Positions 10,369 to 19,854 of a stretch of DNA of 64,000 bases are shown here, piece by piece. The first letter of the stretch is position 1; each line of letters starts with the position of its first letter. Under the pieces are notes generated by a model. The model did not search any database and was not told the origin of the DNA. It saw only the letters and a list, made by a program, of their open reading frames with translations. The translations under genes were made by a program, and so were the position numbers. This stretch comes from an uncultured delta proteobacterium (GTDB taxonomy: Bacteria; Desulfobacterota; Binatia; UBA9968), in the NCBI GenBank assembly GCA_963847445.1, contig CAWJZV010000041.1:78848-142847 (forward strand), given 5' to 3'.

Positions 10369-11013
10369 TCACTCCGCATCCGGCTGCTTTTCCGGGGCGG
10401 CGTTGGCGAAGGCTGGGATCGCGTTGCAGTTCTGCTCGATTTCTAAAATCGTCGGGTACTTCGACAGATCGCAGCCGTAACGCCGCGCGTTGCCGAGCTG
10501 CGGGATTAAACAAACGTCAGCCAGTGTCGGCACGTCGCCGAAGCAGAACTTGCCGCGCTTGGGCTGGGCGACGATCATCTCTTGCAGCGCCGCCAGGCCG
10601 AGGTCGATCCAGTGCTGTGCCCACTTGTTCACTTGCTCGTCGGTCTGATTGTAGGTCGCTTTGACGTAATTGAGCACGCGCAGATTCTGAATCGGGTGAA
10701 CTTCGCAGGCGATCACCAACGCCATGCTGCGCACCAGCGCTCGATCTGCGGGGTCTCTGGGTAGCAACGGCGGATTGGGATGGGTTTCTTCGAGATATTC
10801 TATTATCGCCAGGGACTGGGTCAGAACCCTGCCGTTGTCCTCCAGCGCCGGCACCAGGGCCTGTGGATTGATCGCCGTGTACGCCGGCATCAATTGCTCG
10901 CCGCCGCCGCGGCGCAGATGAATCGGCGCCTGTTCGCAGCCGATGGCTTTCAAATTTAACGCGATGCGCACGCGGTAGGAAGCGGAGCTGCGGAAGAAGG
11001 TGTAAAGTTTCAT
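10369..11013 (-). CDS. maiA: Maleylacetoacetate/maleylpyruvate isomerase (zeta-class GST)
   Basis: MKLYTFFRSSASYRVRIALNLK, NPQALVP, HPIQNLRVL. Confidence 0.93.
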   Translation of the reverse strand: MKLYTFFRSSASYRVRIALNLKAIGCEQAPIHLRRGGGEQLMPAYTAINPQALVPALEDNGRVLTQSLAIIEYLEETHPNPPLLPRDPADRALVRSMALVIACEVHPIQNLRVLNYVKATYNQTDEQVNKWAQHWIDLGLAALQEMIVAQPKRGKFCFGDVPTLADVCLIPQLGNARRYGCDLSKYPTILEIEQNCNAIPAFANAAPEKQPDAE

Positions 11014-11999
11014 TGAAATATTTTCCTGTACTCTTTGCGTTTCTCGGCCATCATGTTGGCGTCGGGTTCGTCCATCTCGACGACTTGGATTTTGTCGGCG
11101 TCGGCGAGCGGTGGGTGAATGCCTTTGCGGGTGACGAACTCGCCGGACTTGGCCATCACTCTTAGGCTTTCGTCGCTGTAGAAGTAATCGAGAAACGCCT
11201 TGGCGGCGTTGGGCCTTGCGGCCCTGCTGCTCATGGCGATGGCGTGGCCGTGGCCGAGCATCTTGTCTTGTCTGACGTAGTCCAGCGGCGCGCCCTTTTG
11301 GCCGAAGACGATGACGTATTTCAAGTAAGTAATCGCGATCGGCGTTTCGCCGGTGGTGACGCGCTCGGCGGCGGGCAACACGCCTTCGACGATCACCGGT
11401 TTGGTGGCGCCGAGATCGCGCAGGTACTTGTCGGCGCGATCTTTGCCCATGAGTTTGTAAAGGCTCATGGGCCACATGACGGCAACGGCGCCGCGGGACG
11501 GATCGGCAAAGGCGAGCTTGCCGCGGAACTCGGGCTTCAGTAAATCTTCCAGAGACTTGGGCGCTTTGTCCGGGCTGATGATGCTCTTGTTGTAGACGAT
11601 GCCGACGATCGATGTGCGGTAGCTCGGGCCGAGCTGCGGATGCTGAAACTCGGCGGCGAAGTTTTTCGCCATCGGCGAGTCGTATTTCGCCAGGGCGCCT
11701 TCGGTTAGAAGAATTTCCATCGGGCCGGCATTGTTGAGCACCAGATCGTAGCCGACTTTGTTGGCGCGCTTTTCACTCGATGCGCGTTCCAGCACCGTGG
11801 CGCCGGCGGCGCGCCAGTAGTCGACCTTGATGCCGGTTTTTTTTTCAAATCCTTGCTGAACGCCGTCGAAGATGTCGGTCTCCATGGAGCCGTAGATGAC
11901 GACCTTGCCATCTTTCTTGCCTTCGGCGACCAGTTTGGCGTCCTGGGCGAGCAGGTGAGACGGGAGACAGAGACAGAGCAAGCCGAGCAGTATGCGCAT
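11010..11999 (-). CDS. Extracellular solute-binding protein (Fe3+/AfuA-like cluster)
   Basis: Signal peptide; KDGKVVIYGS, APKSLEDLLKP, PNAAKAFLDY. Confidence 0.85.
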   Translation of the reverse strand: MRILLGLLCLCLPSHLLAQDAKLVAEGKKDGKVVIYGSMETDIFDGVQQGFEKKTGIKVDYWRAAGATVLERASSEKRANKVGYDLVLNNAGPMEILLTEGALAKYDSPMAKNFAAEFQHPQLGPSYRTSIVGIVYNKSIISPDKAPKSLEDLLKPEFRGKLAFADPSRGAVAVMWPMSLYKLMGKDRADKYLRDLGATKPVIVEGVLPAAERVTTGETPIAITYLKYVIVFGQKGAPLDYVRQDKMLGHGHAIAMSSRAARPNAAKAFLDYFYSDESLRVMAKSGEFVTRKGIHPPLADADKIQVVEMDEPDANMMAEKRKEYRKIFQ

Positions 12000-12043
12000 A
12001 GAGATTTCCAACTGTAGGGGCGCAGTATGCTGCGCCCGTTGCC

Positions 12044-13012
12044 TCAGGCCGCCAATTCCACCGAGGTGACGAACGGCAGGCCGCTGGCGACTTCACGCGC
12101 GCCGCTGTCGTCGATCAGCAGGAGGGTTCCGTCCGAGGTGCCGGCGATCATGCCATTACCCTCGGGCGTCGGGCAGAGGTGCATGACGCCGCCGTTTAGA
12201 TTGTCGATGACGGTGTCCCAAGTCTTGCCTTTGTCGCTGCTGCGCAGGATCGCCGACATGGCGCCTTCTTCGCGTAGCCAGAGATTGGGCCGGCCACGGG
12301 CGGCGCCGACGTAGAGGACGCCGTGGTTATCTTCGGCGACGGAAATGCCGTAGTCATGATTTTTCGGCGAGATGTTTTCCCAGTGGCCGGCGCGGTCGGG
12401 GCTGCGGAAGCAGGCTTCGCCGCAGGCGAGAAAAACCATGCCGCTGTGTTGCTCGGACGCGAGGATCTCGTGGATGTCCATGTCGGTGAGCCCTTCGTTG
12501 CAGGGCTCCCAGCCGCGGCCGCCGTCGTCGCTCAACACCATGCCGCCGACTTCGATGCCGGCGTAGAGGCGATTCTTGTTTTCCGGCTCGTAGGCGAGGT
12601 AGCGCGTGCGCGACTGCAATTCCGGACTCGGCGGGAAGTTGGCGCCGGCACTGTGCAACCGCACGCCCTCTAGTTCCTCCCAGCCGCCGTTCTTGCTGCG
12701 GTACACCGCGGATGGGATCGTGCCGACCATGACGCCGCCGTCGATGGCCAGCGCCGAGTAGAGAAACATCTTCGGCACCTGCGGATCGGCGCGGTTCCAG
12801 TGGGCGCCGGCGTCTTTGGTGTAGAAAAGCCCGGAGTGTTCGGTGCCGGCGTAAATCTTCTTGGGATCTTCCGGGTCCACGGTCATGCAGGTGAGCGTCC
12901 AGTAACTCAAGTCGCGCTTGGTCTGGGTGAACTGCTTACCGTTCTGTTCGAAACGGTACCAGCCGGAAAATGTCGCGACATGCAAGGCCTTCTTGCCATT
13001 CGTCCCGCTCAT
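12044..13012 (-). CDS. BNR/Asp-box beta-propeller protein, cytoplasmic
   Basis: Repeated SxDxGxxW boxes (TKDAGAHW, SDDGGRGW, SSDKGKTW); no signal peptide. Confidence 0.8.
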   Translation of the reverse strand: MSGTNGKKALHVATFSGWYRFEQNGKQFTQTKRDLSYWTLTCMTVDPEDPKKIYAGTEHSGLFYTKDAGAHWNRADPQVPKMFLYSALAIDGGVMVGTIPSAVYRSKNGGWEELEGVRLHSAGANFPPSPELQSRTRYLAYEPENKNRLYAGIEVGGMVLSDDGGRGWEPCNEGLTDMDIHEILASEQHSGMVFLACGEACFRSPDRAGHWENISPKNHDYGISVAEDNHGVLYVGAARGRPNLWLREEGAMSAILRSSDKGKTWDTVIDNLNGGVMHLCPTPEGNGMIAGTSDGTLLLIDDSGAREVASGLPFVTSVELAA

Positions 13013-13101
13013 GAGAGTCTCCTTACGGCGATGTGCCGAGTGAAATTTGCCTTAGTATTAACTCGACATGGGGTTCAATCGCAAATGGGAAAACTCGTGA
13101 A

Positions 13102-13513
13102 TCACTTTTTGGCACGCAGCTCATACATGACTTGTCCGATCGCCTCGTCCAGCCACAATTGAAATCTTCTATTTGCTGACTCTTCGGCAAACGGTCGTGA
13201 GCGGGCAGATTGAAGAATCTCCAGGGATTGCGGTGTTGCAAACGCTACCAGGCCGTCCAGCGCTTGTTGCCACGCTTCTTCTTCCGCGCCGTGGAGTACT
13301 TCGCTGAGAAAAGGCAGGACCGCCTCTTCATGGCGTTCCCAGGCTGCTTTGACCAGGAAGGCGCGAATGCCGGAACTTTGTTCATCTCTGAAAGTCTCGA
13401 TCAATGCCGGCAGGATGTCGCCAGGCAACTCAATCAGAGTGAAAAACGCCGACTCTTCGTCTCCCGACCGAAACGTCTCGACGATAGCATTCGATTTCGC
13501 GCGCCAACGACAT
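13102..13513 (-). CDS. Small HEAT-repeat protein (indel near the 5' end)
   Basis: LPALIETF...VLPFLSEVL...WQQALDGL helical repeats; ATG at 13513 abuts the upstream stop. Confidence 0.55.
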
Positions 13514-14145
13514 CTAACTTTTCCAGATCTCTATAAGTTCTTTCGACTCCACAACATCGGCGAAGCGCTCGATTCTTTTCAGCGCGGCGTTGTGGCCTTC
13601 CTCGGTGTAGGTGCCGACGCAATCGCGTATGATGACCATTGAAAAACCGCGGTTGTGGCCGTCGCGCACGGTCATCTCGACGCCGCCGTCGGTGGTGCAG
13701 CCGATCATGACGACGGTGCTGGCGCCGCGGTTGTGCATGATGGTTTCAAACTCGTTGCCGACGAACATGCTCGGCCGGCGCTTGTCGATGACGATGTCTT
13801 CGGGCGCCGGTTTGAAGGGTTTCATGATCTCCCAGTTGGTGCTGCCCTTCGCACGGCGCGGCTTGAGCTTGCTCGGATGATCGACCTTCTCGTTGATCAT
13901 CGCTCGGCGAATCCAGGTGACCGCCTCTTCGCTCCAGAGAAACGGCGTCTGGCGCGTGTAAACGGTCTTGACGCCGGCCTTGGCTGCGGTGGCGATGAGC
14001 GGCGGCGCGTGCGAATGAGCGCGTCTTTGTTAAACGAACCCCCGGCTTGATCGTTCTGCATGTCCCAGACTAGCAGGACCGTGCGTTTGGGATCGACGAT
14101 CTCTTTTAGTTCGTTGGGAATCTGTCTACCGTCGAATTCGATCAT
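13514..14145 (-). CDS. Isochorismatase-family cysteine hydrolase (frameshifted)
   Basis: LLVWDMQND in 13897-14145; IDKRRPSMF and GCTTDGGVEMTVRD in 13514-13900 (Gly at the usual Cys position). Confidence 0.82.
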
Positions 14146-14199
14146 CGGCGTTGCCTCCTTACTTGAATGGGCCTTTCGGTTTACTGAGAAGATGCATTT

Positions 14200-14443
14200 A
14201 CCACGAAGGACACGAAGGGGTCGGAGAATTCATATTCCGAACTTCGTGCTCTTCGTGACCTTCGTGGTGAAGACTCTTTCCCATTTGGTTGCTAGGCGAT
14301 CACCGCTCCGCCACCCCAGGGCGTATGCAATACGCCCTTACAAAGAGATCCGAACTTTGCGCCCTTTGCGCGAGATATTCCGGTTTTAGGTCCTTCGTGG
14401 TGAAAATACTCCTGCCCACTTGGCTGAGGCTGCCCCGCTCTAG
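14200..14443. repeat. Intergenic cluster of CACGAAG 9-mer inverted arrays and a REP-like hairpin
   Basis: accacgaaggacacgaaggg...cttcgtgctcttcgtgaccttcgtggt; gggcgtatgcaatacgccc. Confidence 0.75.
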
Positions 14444-14447
14444 CTGA

Positions 14448-15443
14448 CTAGCGCGTCGATGCCAATTCTTTACGCGCTTTTTCGAGAAAACTGAAGTCGA
14501 CGACCTGCGCGGCTGAGATCGGTTGCGCCACGTTGGAAGTCTCGCGGGTCAAATCGATGAAGTATTGCACGGCTTGGGGGCTGATCACCGCGTCTTTGGC
14601 CAGGCCGCGCTTGAGATAGCCGAGCATTTCAGCGGCGAGCTTTTGATCGCTGACACGCCACTGTTTCATCATGACGTCGCGCGCCTGCTCACGATTAGCT
14701 TCGTCGCTGACGAACTGCAAGCCGCGGTAGGTCGCGCGCACCATGCGATAAACTTCATCCGGCTGCTGTTGGATGCGCGCCACCGAAGTGCCGAAGCCAT
14801 TTTGCGGAAAACTCACGACGTCGCCCAAAAAGATCAGCTCGTTGTAGCCTTTGTTCACGGCGATAATATTCTCCGGCACCGAGAGTAATGCGGCGTCGAC
14901 GACGCCCTGTTCCAATACCGCCAGCCGCCCGGCGCCCGATCCCCCCATCGGTAATACCTGCACGTCCTTACCGGGTTCGAGGGCGAAATGTTTTAAGGCT
15001 TGATAGGCGAGGATCGTCGCCGAACCGCCGGGCGAGCTGCCGGCGACTTTTTTTCCTTTCAGATCGCGTGGCTCTCTGATCTCCTTGCGGCTGACGAAAG
15101 ATTGCAGCGGTTTGGCGATGGTGAAGATCAAGATCTTTGCCGGGTAGTTGCGAGTCGCGGCAAGCGCCAGGCCGGTGAGTCCGGCGCTGTACTCGATCTC
15201 GCCCTTGAAGAAGGCGTTGTTCGCCGCGGCGAGAGACATCAGGATGATTTCCAGATCGATGCCTTCGTCTCGATAAAAACCTTTCTGATATGCCGCGTAG
15301 ATTGGCAGAAAGCCAACGCTGGTGGCGGCGATGCCGAGGCGGAGCTTTTTGAGTGCAGGCTGCGCCGGTGCCGGCGAGCAAAACCAACTGTCTATGGCAA
15401 GCACGCCGATGCAGCAGAGCATTGGCAGGTAACGTCGAGACAT
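14448..15443 (-). CDS. ABC substrate-binding protein, NMT1/SsuA-like
   Basis: KGFYRDEGIDLE, DLKGKKVA; AAAGGAG RBS before ATG 15443. Confidence 0.87.
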   Translation of the reverse strand: MSRRYLPMLCCIGVLAIDSWFCSPAPAQPALKKLRLGIAATSVGFLPIYAAYQKGFYRDEGIDLEIILMSLAAANNAFFKGEIEYSAGLTGLALAATRNYPAKILIFTIAKPLQSFVSRKEIREPRDLKGKKVAGSSPGGSATILAYQALKHFALEPGKDVQVLPMGGSGAGRLAVLEQGVVDAALLSVPENIIAVNKGYNELIFLGDVVSFPQNGFGTSVARIQQQPDEVYRMVRATYRGLQFVSDEANREQARDVMMKQWRVSDQKLAAEMLGYLKRGLAKDAVISPQAVQYFIDLTRETSNVAQPISAAQVVDFSFLEKARKELASTR

Positions 15444-15458
15444 GGCGGTGTCTCCTTT

Positions 15459-15660
15459 AAAATCCGAAATTCGAAGCACCAAATCCGAAATAAACTCCCA
15501 ACAAACAAATCCGAAATCCGAATATCGAAAGCGGCCCCGCGGACCGAAATAAACCGCAGCCAAATCAACTCAAACTGGGAAAATCCAAAACGAGGAATCC
15601 GAATCAGGGTTGTTTGGAACATTGTGTTTTTGGTCATTGGAATTTGTTTCGAGTTTCGAG
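15459..15660. repeat. Degenerate AAATCCG heptamer tandem array with inverted TTTCGA part
   Basis: aaatccgaaattcgaagcaccaaatccgaaa...aaatccgaaatccgaatatcgaaa...tttcgagtttcga. Confidence 0.75.
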
Positions 15661-15705
15661 CTTTGCCTTTCTCAGTGAGTGCTTGGCGTTTTTTGGGGCG
15701 ATGAT

Positions 15706-16695
15706 CTACGGGTTCGCGCCTTTGGCTTCGAGCTCTTTCCGCACTTCTTCCGCCCAGCGCAGGTCGAAAAAATTTTCCGCGGCGAGCGGCTTATCGAGCT
15801 TGAGCGGGATCCGCAGTTCGTTTTCGAGGATGCTCTTTACTCCTTCGGCGGAAGGCACGCCGGGGATGCCGGGCGGAAAGGCGCGGGTGTAGCTGCGGAT
15901 CGCCTCGGTCAACATCGGCTTGGTGATGTTTCTAATTCTCAAGCGGCGTAGCGCGATGTCGGCAGCGTCTTCGGGCCGCTCTCGGATGAACAGTAAAGAG
16001 CGGGTCATCGCCCGGAGCCATCTTTTGACCTGTGCCGGGTTTTCGGCGAGCTTCTGATTGGTCACGACGTAGCCCTGAAAGGGTAGGGTGAAAATATCGC
16101 CCATGAAGACAAGTTTGCGCAGCCCTTCACGTTCGGCGGCGACGGTGCCGGCGGGATCAAGCACGACGGCGGCAACGTTACCGCTTTTGAGGCCGAGGAT
16201 TTTGTCGCCGATGCTCGTGCCTAATGAGATTCTAGTGATCTCCTTGGCCGACACGCCGGCACGTTCGGCATACAGCGTGATGAAGCGGTCTTCGCTGTCG
16301 CCGATCAGGGCGACGCCGATTTTCTTGCCCTTGAGGTCGGATCCCTGGCTGATGCTTGGATGAACGACTAAATACCAAGTCGGTTTTTCGGTTTGATAGA
16401 AGATCGCCTTGAGCGGCGCACCGCGCACGGCGCCGCGCAGGCCGCTGCCGCCGGCGCCGCTGAAATCGACGTCGCCGCTGACCAATGCCGCGATGCCGGC
16501 CGGGCCACCAATGGCGATGGTTTCGTTGTCCAAGCCTTCGTCGCGGAAGAATTTACGCTCCTCGGCGCTGTACACGCTCAGATAATTGAGATTCGCGCCG
16601 GGGATGGCGGTGCGGATCTTTTCGGCGCGCGCGCTGGCGGCGAGCCAAGCGACGCAGAACAGGACAAGGATGAAACTAACACGGCGGCCGATCAT
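15706..16695 (-). CDS. ABC substrate-binding protein, NMT1/SsuA-like
   Basis: Signal peptide ASA-RA; FFRDEGLD, ALVSGDVD, DLKGKKIG. Confidence 0.88.
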   Translation of the reverse strand: MIGRRVSFILVLFCVAWLAASARAEKIRTAIPGANLNYLSVYSAEERKFFRDEGLDNETIAIGGPAGIAALVSGDVDFSGAGGSGLRGAVRGAPLKAIFYQTEKPTWYLVVHPSISQGSDLKGKKIGVALIGDSEDRFITLYAERAGVSAKEITRISLGTSIGDKILGLKSGNVAAVVLDPAGTVAAEREGLRKLVFMGDIFTLPFQGYVVTNQKLAENPAQVKRWLRAMTRSLLFIRERPEDAADIALRRLRIRNITKPMLTEAIRSYTRAFPPGIPGVPSAEGVKSILENELRIPLKLDKPLAAENFFDLRWAEEVRKELEAKGANP

Positions 16696-16901
16696 GGAAC
16701 CTCCAATCCGGTTTGGGTTATTTCACGCCAAGGAGGAACGGGTTTGTTCACCACGAAGTCACGAAGGACACGAAGGGATGCAAGGGAAGGGCGGGTTGCA
16801 AACCCGCCCCTGCGAAACATCGTGTCTCTTGGTATCCTTCCCAGTGAATACTCGTTCACACTAGGACCCTTACTTTAGAGGCGAGCATGGATCGTCAGCC
16901 A

Positions 16902-18083
16902 TCATCGTGCGCTCGCATGATGCCCCTGCTGGTAGTGCAAGCGCAACAGGTCCTTGCCGTAGTCGTTGCCGTTGGGTGTGCGCAGGATGACATGGATATG
17001 ATCTTTGTACGGCTTAGCGCGTTCGCGAAAGGCGATGCCGCGTTGGTGGTCGAATTCGACGATGATCACCGGACTCTGGACGCGATAGTAAAAGACGCCG
17101 TCGTCAGAGCCGCCGCCCATCCAGCAAAAGTAGGTGTCGTTCAAATGGCGCCTGACTTCGTCCATCTTGACCTGGGCATGGCCGTCGCGCATGCGACTGA
17201 CGTGGTATTCCACCAAGCCGAGCAGCAACTCATGTTGCGCGCTGGACAGCTCGCCGGAGCGGATGCCTTGGTAATCGAGCACGAGGTTGTCGCGAAACGC
17301 CGTGGTAAAGTCTTCGCCGGTAGTCTCGGGCGCGATCACCGTTTTCACGCGTTGCGGTTCCGATAGCGAGCGGAACAATGCCAGGCCGCGGTCTTCGTCG
17401 CCCTTGAATGCGCGCACGCCGGCGTATTTGCCGCTGACGGCATGCACCGGTTCCGCGCCCAAGAACGTCGGTGTCACGACGATCCGATCGCCGAGGATAA
17501 AATAATTGATGATCAAATGATGGCCGTCCCACTGCCAGCCCCAGGGTTCGGTGGCCGACGGCGCGCCCATGATGCTGAGCCAGTAGAGGTCCTCTCCATA
17601 TTCACTGAGCCTACCGGTCATCTCTTGCACGGTTTCATTCAAGTGCATGAGATCGAGCGTTTCCTCGAAGCCCCGTTGACTTAAACTTTCACGCAGGAGC
17701 GCAAAGGCGCAGTCACGCTGGCCGTCGGTCATCTCGAATAGCGCCGTGCCGTGGCGCATCAGCGTCGGATGAATATTGCTCCACTTGCGCCACTGGTCGG
17801 TGTCGACCGGAAAGAGTGTCTTGGCGCGCTGCTCAGCGGTCAGCGATGCGAGAAAAGCTTCGGCCGCCTGGCGAATCGACTGTGTCGATATGCCGGTCGT
17901 TTGCAGATTGAAGAGATTGGGAATGACATCACCATTGCTCGTTATCCCTTTAAACGGTTCGGCGGCGGCCGCCAGAGATTTCTCCACATAATTCGGCGGA
18001 CCGCCTTTGGTGAAGAGCGGTCGACTGGGGCCGCGTTGGTTGCAGGTTTCATGAAGGCCGCGGGTGCGTGGATCGATAGCCAT
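16902..18083 (-). CDS. DUF3500 domain protein
   Basis: WGWQWDGHHL, TPTFLGAEP, YYRVQSP..IVEFDH, HIH..RTPNGNDYG. Confidence 0.85.
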   Translation of the reverse strand: MAIDPRTRGLHETCNQRGPSRPLFTKGGPPNYVEKSLAAAAEPFKGITSNGDVIPNLFNLQTTGISTQSIRQAAEAFLASLTAEQRAKTLFPVDTDQWRKWSNIHPTLMRHGTALFEMTDGQRDCAFALLRESLSQRGFEETLDLMHLNETVQEMTGRLSEYGEDLYWLSIMGAPSATEPWGWQWDGHHLIINYFILGDRIVVTPTFLGAEPVHAVSGKYAGVRAFKGDEDRGLALFRSLSEPQRVKTVIAPETTGEDFTTAFRDNLVLDYQGIRSGELSSAQHELLLGLVEYHVSRMRDGHAQVKMDEVRRHLNDTYFCWMGGGSDDGVFYYRVQSPVIIVEFDHQRGIAFRERAKPYKDHIHVILRTPNGNDYGKDLLRLHYQQGHHASAR

Positions 18084-18303
18084 GCGTCATTCCTCCGACC
18101 GGTCACCTTTAGTGTGATTGAATGCGGAATGTCAAGATGAAATGGATGCGGTGAGGACTGAATAATGTCAGGAGTGAAAAGTAAGCGGCTAAGTAGAAAA
18201 TAGCCAGGAGTTTGCTTCACGGCCAATCGTATGGCGCAATGATGGGCATGATTCAATTGTTTGGCAAAGACTTCAGCGCCGGTGCTCCAAGTCATGTTGC
18301 TTC

Positions 18304-18334
18304 GATGGGTATCGCTACGCTCCACCCATCCTAC
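18304..18334 (-). repeat. GTAG-type REP palindrome overlapping the ferredoxin stop
   Basis: Minus strand GTAGGATGGGTGGAGCGTAGCGATACCCATC. Confidence 0.7.
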
Positions 18335-18546
18335 GGGGTTGCTGGCTCATATTGTGCCAACGCACCCGGCTCCGGGCAGTAGGGCAGGCAGTCGGCGCAG
18401 CCGGTGCATTCATTCTCAATCACTTCGTACATGTGATGGATGTCTTGCATCTTCGGATGGACGGCGCGTTCGGGGCAGACTTCGCGGCACAGGCCGCAGG
18501 CGATACAGAGGGTTTCGACGATTTTAACTTTCATGTTTGCGTTCAT
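18331..18546 (-). CDS. 2[4Fe-4S] ferredoxin
   Basis: CIACGLCREVCP and CTGCADCLPYCP. Confidence 0.92.
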   Translation of the reverse strand: MNANMKVKIVETLCIACGLCREVCPERAVHPKMQDIHHMYEVIENECTGCADCLPYCPEPGALAQYEPATP

Positions 18547-18547
18547 T

Positions 18548-19289
18548 TCACGCGCTGCCGCCCAAGGCGCGGCTCGGTTCGGGCGCCCAGGGGCGCAGGA
18601 GAAAATCGAAAACCTCTTCGATGGGCTTCTGGTCCTCGGGCGTTAACGCGTAGGCGTCGATCTGATATTTGCCTTCCATGAAGTGCATCAGTTCTTCCGC
18701 CGACTGGCTGTGCAGTTGATGGCGGATCAGGTCGTCGTCGATGACGCTCAACGTCGCGGCAATGCCGAGGCAGGCCATCGACTCGTTGTAATAGTGCTGG
18801 CCGGCGCGGGCGAGGGGGTGGATATGCGGGAACATGGCGGTCATGCCGAAATAGGACAGCTTCGGCTGGGTATTCGCCCGCGCATCGTCCATCAACTCTT
18901 CTTCGCGCTTGATGAAGCCGCCGCGCAGCAGCACATCGGCGTGGAGCTGGCCATGCTTGACCTCGTCCCAGATTTGCCGGGCGCGCATGCGCTGCAGGTC
19001 GATATACTTTGGTTGCTGGTCGACGCTGACCGAAAGAATTTGCGTTGACATTTGTTTCAATGACATGAACGGTCCTTCGGCAGCGTAGCCGCCGCGCGCC
19101 CGCGCCGCTTTGTATTCGTCGCTGCCCGATCGCAAATCGTTCTCGGCGGCTTTGATCGCCTGCAGCACCAGCTTGTCCCACAGCGGCAGGCAGCGCTCGG
19201 TCTGGCGCAGGCGGAAGTCGACGCCGGGGCCGGTGAAGCCGGTCGGATACACCCATTTGTCTAGGAAATTCTGTCAGAATGGGATGCAT
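18548..19289 (-). CDS. Ferritin-like diiron-carboxylate protein with intact ligand set (1-nt indel near 19265)
   Basis: In the 234-aa ORF numbering: E59, D-E97-V-K-H100, E157, E-E187-L-M-H190. Removing one base at about 19265 restores the N-terminus MHPILTEFLDKWVYPTG from ATG 19289. Confidence 0.75.
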
Positions 19290-19299
19290 TTGAAGCTCC

Positions 19300-19380
19300 G
19301 TTCCAAAGGTTCCATAGTTCCAGGGGTTCCAGTCGTTCAAAACGTTCAAGCCGTTCAAATCGTTCGTTCATGGTTCAAGG
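19300..19380. repeat. GTTC(C/A)ANNN 9-mer tandem array
   Basis: gttccaaag gttccata gttccaggg gttccagtc gttcaaaac gttcaagcc gttcaaatc. Confidence 0.85.
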
Positions 19381-19381
19381 G

Positions 19382-19660
19382 CTAAGGTTGGCGCGGCCAG
19401 CGTTTGTTTTCGGTCCAGACTTCCGGCGGCGGTGGCACCATCGAACGGCCGGTGGCGGTTTCGACGATGGAGCCTTCCGCCGGACAGTACATCAAGCACA
19501 CCGTGCAACCTGGATAGGTGCAGCGCTCGTCGATTTCCAAAAAATGCTGCGATGTCGGCGACACGACGACGGCATTGATCTCGATCTCGCGGCAAGCGAC
19601 GTAGCACATGCGGCATTCGGTGCATTTACCATGATCAATTTTGAGTTTTGGTGTCGCCAT
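19382..19660 (-). CDS. 2[4Fe-4S] ferredoxin, atypical second motif
   Basis: CTECRMCYVAC and CTYPGCTVCLMYCP (Cx4CxxCxxxCP); Pro-rich C-terminal tail. Confidence 0.88.
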   Translation of the reverse strand: MATPKLKIDHGKCTECRMCYVACREIEINAVVVSPTSQHFLEIDERCTYPGCTVCLMYCPAEGSIVETATGRSMVPPPPEVWTENKRWPRQP

Positions 19661-19693
19661 CTTGTTGTCTATCAGACCTATTGAAAAACGTTT

Positions 19694-19802
19694 GTTTCAA
19701 GTGTTCCAAAAAGTTCCAGAGGTTCCAATCGTTCAAGCCGTTCAAAACGTTCAATGCGTTTGGTTCAAGGTCAGAGTTCGGAATCGATTGAACTTTTGAA
19801 CG
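19694..19802. repeat. GTTC(C/A)ANNN tandem array with inverted TTGAAC end
   Basis: gttccaaaaa gttccagag gttccaatc gttcaagcc gttcaaaac gttcaatgc ... ttgaacttttgaac. Confidence 0.85.
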
Positions 19803-19854
19803 CCTTCGATATAACTCAGGCCAGGCTCGTGAACCCTTGAACGGCTGTTATCTT

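Noticed and set aside
19290-19810. GTTC-rich periodic repeats as a CRISPR array
   Set aside because: The period is about 9 bp with no unique 25-45 bp spacers, and there are no cas genes in the window.
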